DNA of 36,083 nt from Candidatus Yanofskybacteria bacterium RIFCSPHIGHO2_01_FULL_44_17 (GTDB taxonomy: Bacteria > Patescibacteriota > Minisyncoccia > 2-02-FULL-40-12 > IGHO2-01-FULL-4-A): assembly GCA_001794195.1 (NCBI GenBank), contig MGJI01000009.1, forward strand, positions 8,010 through 44,092, in the 5' to 3' direction. Positions 32,086 through 36,083 of this stretch are shown one piece after another. A program made the position numbers and the translations under genes. The notes beneath the pieces were generated by a model, which was given only the letters and a program-made list of their open reading frames with translations, searched no databases and was not told the DNA's origin. Within the stretch, counting starts at the first letter, position 1. Each line of letters opens with the position of its first letter.

Positions 32086-32304
32086 TTAATCTTTTATATC
32101 CCAATGCGGTTCTATCGGAGGTCTGGTGCCAAGAGTCAGGCAAACTCCTGAGCAGATCCACCTTCCGTCCTTAAGTTGTCTGCCGGCAGGATGTTCAGGA
32201 CACTTTGGTCCGAGATCGCTGTGATTTTTACCGCAGGTTTTTATTTTTTTGGAACAAACGTGGCACCTAGCCCACCTTGCATTTGGCTCTACGCATTCTG
32301 GCAT
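32086..32304 (-). CDS. Small cysteine-rich protein, hypothetical
   Basis: ATG 32304 is preceded by AGGAGG. The 72-aa product has 7 Cys, including CHVC. The gene has its own terminator. The track's TTG 32373 start would add 23 aa. Confidence 0.5.
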   Translation of the reverse strand: MPECVEPNARWARCHVCSKKIKTCGKNHSDLGPKCPEHPAGRQLKDGRWICSGVCLTLGTRPPIEPHWDIKD

Positions 32305-32424
32305 ACCGCCTCCTGTTTTCAAGTAATCAGGGTCGTTGGCAATACTTGGGTTATAAGTTATGACAGGCAGCAAGTCAAGCAGATTTATTATGTTATTATT
32401 TTTATTTTGTGTTATTAAGGGAGG

Positions 32425-33303
32425 GTGTCGCCAAGATTACCTAAAAAAAACATTTCCAAAACCGAGTGGCTTGTCTTTTTAATTATCGCCAGTGCGACCA
32501 TTTTGAGTTTTACCGCCATCGAAACCGGAGCCCGGACAGACGGCTTGCTACATGTTTATTTTCTCGATGTCGGCCAAGGCGATGCACAATTGATAGAATT
32601 CGAGGGTAAGCAGGTGCTAATCGACGGAGGGCCGGATGGCAAGGTCTTGAGCGAGCTCGGCCAAGTAATGCCATTCAACGATCGCTCAATTGACTTGGTA
32701 ATATTGACTCACCCGGACGCTGATCACATAAATGGACTTATCAAAGTATTGGGCCGCTACGAAGTAGCAAATATTCTTGAGAATTTTTTGGAAAATCACA
32801 AGTCGCCGGCCTATCGAGAGTGGAATAAACTTAAAATTGATTCTACCGTGATGCAGGCGGTTAGCGGACAAATTATTGATTTGGGCGGAGGAGCCTATAT
32901 TAAAGTACTTTATCCAATTGCTGGCTCGTCTCAACAAGCTAAAACTAATAACAATTCTATAATTACCATGCTTGTTTACGGAGATAATGAACTTCTTTTA
33001 ACTGGAGATACTGAGGCCAGGGTTGAGCGAGAGCTGATCGGCCGTGAGATTAATATCGATGCCGATCTCTTAAAAGTTGCGCATCATGGCTCTAAAACAT
33101 CAACTACAGATGAATTTCTTGATTCAGTTACGCCGGAGATTGCTTTTATTCAGCTCGGCGAAGACAATAATTACGGCCATCCACACCCAACGATCTTGGA
33201 ACGGCTTCAAAGTCGTGCTATAAAGTATTATCGAACAGATACTGACGGCATGGTTGAACTGATTCTCGACGGCCAGAATTATAAAATTGTGTCTGACAAA
33301 TAA
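32425..33303 (+). CDS. Stand-alone ComEC/Rec2-type metallo-beta-lactamase domain protein with one N-terminal TM helix
   Basis: VYFLDVGQGDAQLIE, ILTHPDADHINGL, LLLTGDTE and LKVAHHGSKTSTT match the C-terminal MBL domain of ComEC. The start is GTG with an AGGGAGGG SD. Confidence 0.88.
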   Translation: MSPRLPKKNISKTEWLVFLIIASATILSFTAIETGARTDGLLHVYFLDVGQGDAQLIEFEGKQVLIDGGPDGKVLSELGQVMPFNDRSIDLVILTHPDADHINGLIKVLGRYEVANILENFLENHKSPAYREWNKLKIDSTVMQAVSGQIIDLGGGAYIKVLYPIAGSSQQAKTNNNSIITMLVYGDNELLLTGDTEARVERELIGREINIDADLLKVAHHGSKTSTTDEFLDSVTPEIAFIQLGEDNNYGHPHPTILERLQSRAIKYYRTDTDGMVELILDGQNYKIVSDK

Positions 33304-33317
33304 CACTTTTCAACAGG

Positions 33318-34379
33318 ATGAAAAATTTTGAATTTCCAATTTTTAAGACTCGGACCGGCCAGGGCCGGTTTGCCTTAGAAGACCCGATTGAGAGACATAA
33401 ATATTTTGAACACAAGGCTGGCCCGGAAATAGAGAAGCTCAAAGATTATTTGCGCACCGGTACATTTGTCGCGATTTTGCTTGGTAAAAAAAACTCCGGC
33501 AAAGGAACCTACACTAAGCTTTTTATGGAAGCTGTCGGTGGCGATAGAGTTGCTCATATTTCGATAGGTGACGTAGTCAGGAGCGCCCACAAAGATTTAG
33601 AGGATAATGCTAAAAAGGCAGAACTAATAGATTTTTTAAACAAAAAATACAGGGGATTTTTAACGGTTGAAGAGGTGGTCAACGTGATTCTTGGCAGAGA
33701 CACCAAAACCCTCCTTCCAACAGAAGCGATACTGGCACTTGTTGAGCGGGAGATAGAACGTGTGGGTCGTAAGGCAGTTTTTGTTGATGGTTTTCCGCGT
33801 AGCATTGATCAGGTTTCCTATTCATTATATTTGCGTTCAATTATGGGATATCGCGACGATCCTGATTTTTTGGTTTTCATTGACGTGCCTGAGGCCGTTA
33901 TAGATGAGCGTATAAAGTATCGAGTCATTTGTCCCAAGTGCCAAACCCCCCGTAGCCTTAAATTACTGCGTACTAAAGAAGTCGGATATAACAAAGACAC
34001 CGGTAAATTTTATTTAATGTGCGACAATGCGGCGTGTGCTAAGGCGATTATGGTGCCAAAAGAAGGGGATGAGTTGGGCATAGAGGCGGTTCGCGACAGG
34101 ATAGAGGTAGATGATAAGGTAATGAGGACGTTGCTCGATCTTAAGGGAGTGCCTAAAATTCTTTTACGCAATTCCGTTCCTGCAACTTCTGCCAATGAGA
34201 CAGTAGATGATTATGAGATTACGCCGGCATACAAATACGAGCAGGATTCCGGCGTTGTAAAAATTACAGAAGAGCCCTGGACGGTTAAGGATGAAAATGG
34301 AGCCGAGGTTTATAGTCTTTTGCCTGCGGCAGTGGCCGTGTCATTAATAAAACAAATAGCCAAAGTTTTGAACCTGTGA
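33318..34379 (+). CDS. Adenylate-kinase-family protein, atypically long
   Basis: P-loop LLGKKNSGKGTY, VDGFPRS and a zinc-type LID (CPKC...CDNAAC). At 353 aa it is much longer than the ~215 aa of canonical Adk, with N- and C-terminal extensions. Confidence 0.75.
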   Translation: MKNFEFPIFKTRTGQGRFALEDPIERHKYFEHKAGPEIEKLKDYLRTGTFVAILLGKKNSGKGTYTKLFMEAVGGDRVAHISIGDVVRSAHKDLEDNAKKAELIDFLNKKYRGFLTVEEVVNVILGRDTKTLLPTEAILALVEREIERVGRKAVFVDGFPRSIDQVSYSLYLRSIMGYRDDPDFLVFIDVPEAVIDERIKYRVICPKCQTPRSLKLLRTKEVGYNKDTGKFYLMCDNAACAKAIMVPKEGDELGIEAVRDRIEVDDKVMRTLLDLKGVPKILLRNSVPATSANETVDDYEITPAYKYEQDSGVVKITEEPWTVKDENGAEVYSLLPAAVAVSLIKQIAKVLNL

Positions 34380-34420
34380 TAAGTTAACGACAGAATTTTG
34401 ATAATTTTGTCAGGGACACG

Positions 34421-34915
34421 ATGACTAATAATAACAATACGCCAGATCCTCGATTACACTTCGTTGTTGCCACTGCGATTATCGTCAAGGACGGGAAGTT
34501 TTTGATTGCCAAGAGGGCCGCTCACGAAAAGGCATTCCCGAATAAATGGACCGTGCCCGGCGGCAAATTAGTTCTGCACGAATATAGCAAGCTTCCACAC
34601 AAGACCGAGTATCCGCAATGGTATAACGTTGTGGATCGGGTTTTAAAAAAAGAGGTGCGCGAGGAGGTTGGGCTTGAGATTGATAAGCCGCAATATCTAT
34701 GCGATCTGGTTTTTGTAAGACCCGACGGTTATCCGGTGGTTACCCTGTCTTATTGGGCGAACTACAAGTCAGGAGAGGTGAGTCTTTGCAAGGATTTAAC
34801 CGACCACGCCTGGGTTACGCTTGAAGAGGCCAAAAATTACGATCTAATTGAAGGCGTTTGGGACGAATTTAAAGAAGTAAGCGAGCTATTATGGCCCATT
34901 GCTCTTGGAAACTGA
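34421..34915 (+). CDS. NUDIX hydrolase
   Basis: WTVPGGKL...KKEVREEVGLEI forms a Nudix box, with an insertion between the G and the REx2EE part. Confidence 0.85.
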   Translation: MTNNNNTPDPRLHFVVATAIIVKDGKFLIAKRAAHEKAFPNKWTVPGGKLVLHEYSKLPHKTEYPQWYNVVDRVLKKEVREEVGLEIDKPQYLCDLVFVRPDGYPVVTLSYWANYKSGEVSLCKDLTDHAWVTLEEAKNYDLIEGVWDEFKEVSELLWPIALGN

Positions 34916-34922
34916 TAAACCC

Positions 34923-34947
34923 AAAAAAGCGGCTCTAGCCGTTTTTA
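34923..34947. terminator. Bidirectional terminator between convergent genes
   Basis: aaaaaagcggc-tcta-gccgttttt. Confidence 0.6.
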
Positions 34948-35400
34948 GTTTATCAGAACAAATATTGCCAGGGCCATTATAAAAATTTGAGACAGCATGC
35001 CAGGCAAAAAGCTGGTATGTTGATGAAAGTGCTTTTCAACTCTGGTAAAAAATCTGGCGAACCTTTTTTTAAATTTCCATTCTAAAAAAACAAATAGATC
35101 GGGTAGCCAGCCAAAAACAGCTCCGAGTACCATCGATGATCTTAAATCGAGCGGGTTCGAAAAAATTAAATAAAGAGTAGCCGCTATGCCAAGGGCAGGC
35201 TCTAGCGACTTTAAGATAAGATCGCGCTTGTCGGCTCCGCCTAGATGACCTTCAAGATAACCCTTAACCGGCTGAGGGTTGTAGTGGGGGATAGAATCAA
35301 AGATATGGTGGAAGGCGTAGCTTAAAAGTATGGCACTCCACCAATTGCCGGTCAGTTTTCCTATTGCCGCTCCGGTTAATAGATGAACGCTTGTAAGCAT
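34945..35400 (-). CDS. Integral membrane protein, possibly DUF457/YdjM-like metal-dependent hydrolase
   Basis: 151 aa with several TM helices and His-rich motifs (SVHLLTG; AFHHIFDSIPHYNP). The assignment is tentative. Confidence 0.55.
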   Translation of the reverse strand: MLTSVHLLTGAAIGKLTGNWWSAILLSYAFHHIFDSIPHYNPQPVKGYLEGHLGGADKRDLILKSLEPALGIAATLYLIFSNPLDLRSSMVLGAVFGWLPDLFVFLEWKFKKRFARFFTRVEKHFHQHTSFLPGMLSQIFIMALAIFVLIN

Positions 35401-35403
35401 TGA

Positions 35404-35718
35404 TTACCTTTTTGAGTGCTCACCGCCAGCCAATTCTTCGTAGGTCCTCAGGCTTGAGGCATCCAGTTCGCCAAGAAGATACAGTTTTAACTGCCCGACG
35501 CTTATCTGTGCACTGGCCCATAAAGTGATGTTGGCGGGCGCTTCTTTTTTATTCAAAAATTCCCGTAACTCCTCGACCAGTAATCCGCGGGCCTCATCTT
35601 CGCGCATGTCGTGGCCCAGCCTTTTTAAAAAATTTTCCCATGCCAAAGCGGTATGCTCAGGATTTATGGCATCAACCTCCTCCACCGTTATTGATTTTTT
35701 CTCCGGTTGTTCCTGCAT
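35404..35718 (-). CDS. Hypothetical acidic cytoplasmic protein
   Basis: 104-aa ORF with an ATG start preceded by GGAGG, separated by 3 nt from the downstream membrane-protein gene. Confidence 0.55.
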   Translation of the reverse strand: MQEQPEKKSITVEEVDAINPEHTALAWENFLKRLGHDMREDEARGLLVEELREFLNKKEAPANITLWASAQISVGQLKLYLLGELDASSLRTYEELAGGEHSKR

Positions 35719-35745
35719 TTTTATTCAACCTTATATACCTCCGTT

Positions 35746-35764
35746 GTCGGGCCGTGGGGAATCG
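35746..35764 (-). repeat. Orphan copy of the last 18 nt of tRNA-Pro plus one flanking nt
   Basis: gtcgggccgtggggaatcg is identical at 35746-35764 and at 35906-35924. The second copy is the genuine tRNA-Pro 3' end. Confidence 0.9.
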
Positions 35765-35906
35765 GCTTCGCCTCTCGCCGTCTTCCGACGGCTCGGGCTA
35801 GCCACCTGCTCGCGGTTCGGCTCGTCGAATACTCGCCGAACATCGCTCCGCCGTTCTCATCCCCACGCGAACAAAACAATTTGTTTGCTACGCCCCTCCT
35901 TATCAG

Positions 35907-35977
35907 TCGGGCCGTGGGGAATCGAACCCCAGCTGCAAGACCCCCAGCCTCGCGTACTACCATTATACGACGGCCCG
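35907..35977 (-). tRNA. tRNA-Pro (anticodon GGG)
   Basis: Manual cloverleaf. The acceptor is CGGGCCG/CGGCCCG with discriminator A. The D arm is GUAU-AAUGGUA-GUAC. The anticodon stem CGAGG/UCUUG (two G-U pairs) carries loop CUGGGGG. The T arm is UGGGG-UUCGAUU-CCCCA. No CCA is encoded. Confidence 0.85.
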
Positions 35978-35993
35978 AGAGGTGCGCTCATGG

Positions 35994-36083
35994 TTATTTG
36001 TCGTCACCACTTTCTTTAGTTATCCAATCGCTTTCCTTGAAAAGTTTAAACATCCAAAACTTTGGTTTATTACGTTTGCCATC
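35994..36083 (-). CDS. Possible 3' end of a gene running off the window
   Basis: An open frame from the window edge reads ...DGKRNKPKFWMFKLFKESDWITKESGDDK* with TAA at 35994-35996. It is too short to assess. Confidence 0.3.
   Translation of the reverse strand, partial: DGKRNKPKFWMFKLFKESDWITKESGDDK

Noticed and set aside
35721-35963. 80-aa minus-strand ORF, and the 164-aa plus-strand ORF at 35525-36019
   Set aside because: Both run through the tRNA-Pro gene and the GC-rich insert. Their composition is Arg/Gly-rich as expected from GC-rich non-coding sequence.
1-36083. Alternative genetic code (UGA reassignment, as in some candidate phyla)
   Set aside because: TGA terminates several well-supported ORFs at sensible positions (for example 30961-30963, 34377-34379, 34913-34915), and conserved proteins are intact under the standard code.

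Overview
Densely coding bacterial chromosomal window with no rRNA, CRISPR array, transposase, integrase or phage structural genes. TGA, TAA and TAG all act as stops. The style (many TTG/GTG starts, small membrane or secreted hypotheticals, LysM-M23 peptidase, stand-alone ComEC nuclease domain, orphan substrate-binding protein) is reminiscent of a streamlined Patescibacteria/CPR-like genome, but this cannot be proven from the window.

Recognisable genes:
- RNA and DNA metabolism: NYN-domain protein, PNPase, DksA/TraR zinc finger, ComM/YifB, YraN, endonuclease IV, a short UvrC, and a stand-alone ComEC beta-lactamase domain.
- RNA-processing operon: tRNA-Leu, SET-domain protein, RNase J and a tRNA-binding-domain protein.
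- Envelope and transport: LysM/M23 peptidase, family-5 substrate-binding protein, SecG, a DUF360 protein and HtrA.
- Other: ornithine aminotransferase, an oversized adenylate-kinase-like protein, a NUDIX hydrolase and tRNA-Pro.
- A six-gene, translationally coupled MoxR / DUF58 / BatD-like / VWA / TPR / VWA (Bat-like) envelope operon.

No clear-cut novel multi-gene system could be demonstrated. The observations most worth follow-up:
1. The tRNA-Leu operon, where the SET-domain ORF starts 7 nt after the tRNA.
2. The Bat-like operon.
3. An orphan consensus promoter, three hairpins and a terminator, which together suggest a roughly 120-nt sRNA.
4. A 19-bp duplication of the tRNA-Pro 3' end bracketing a GC-rich structured 141-bp insert.
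5. Heptamer tandem repeats that form long interrupted inverted repeats in intergenic regions.
6. A roughly 220-bp imperfect palindrome centred on the nfo terminator.
7. Three unusually long non-coding spacers.

All functional calls come from reading motifs in the translations by eye. No database search was run.
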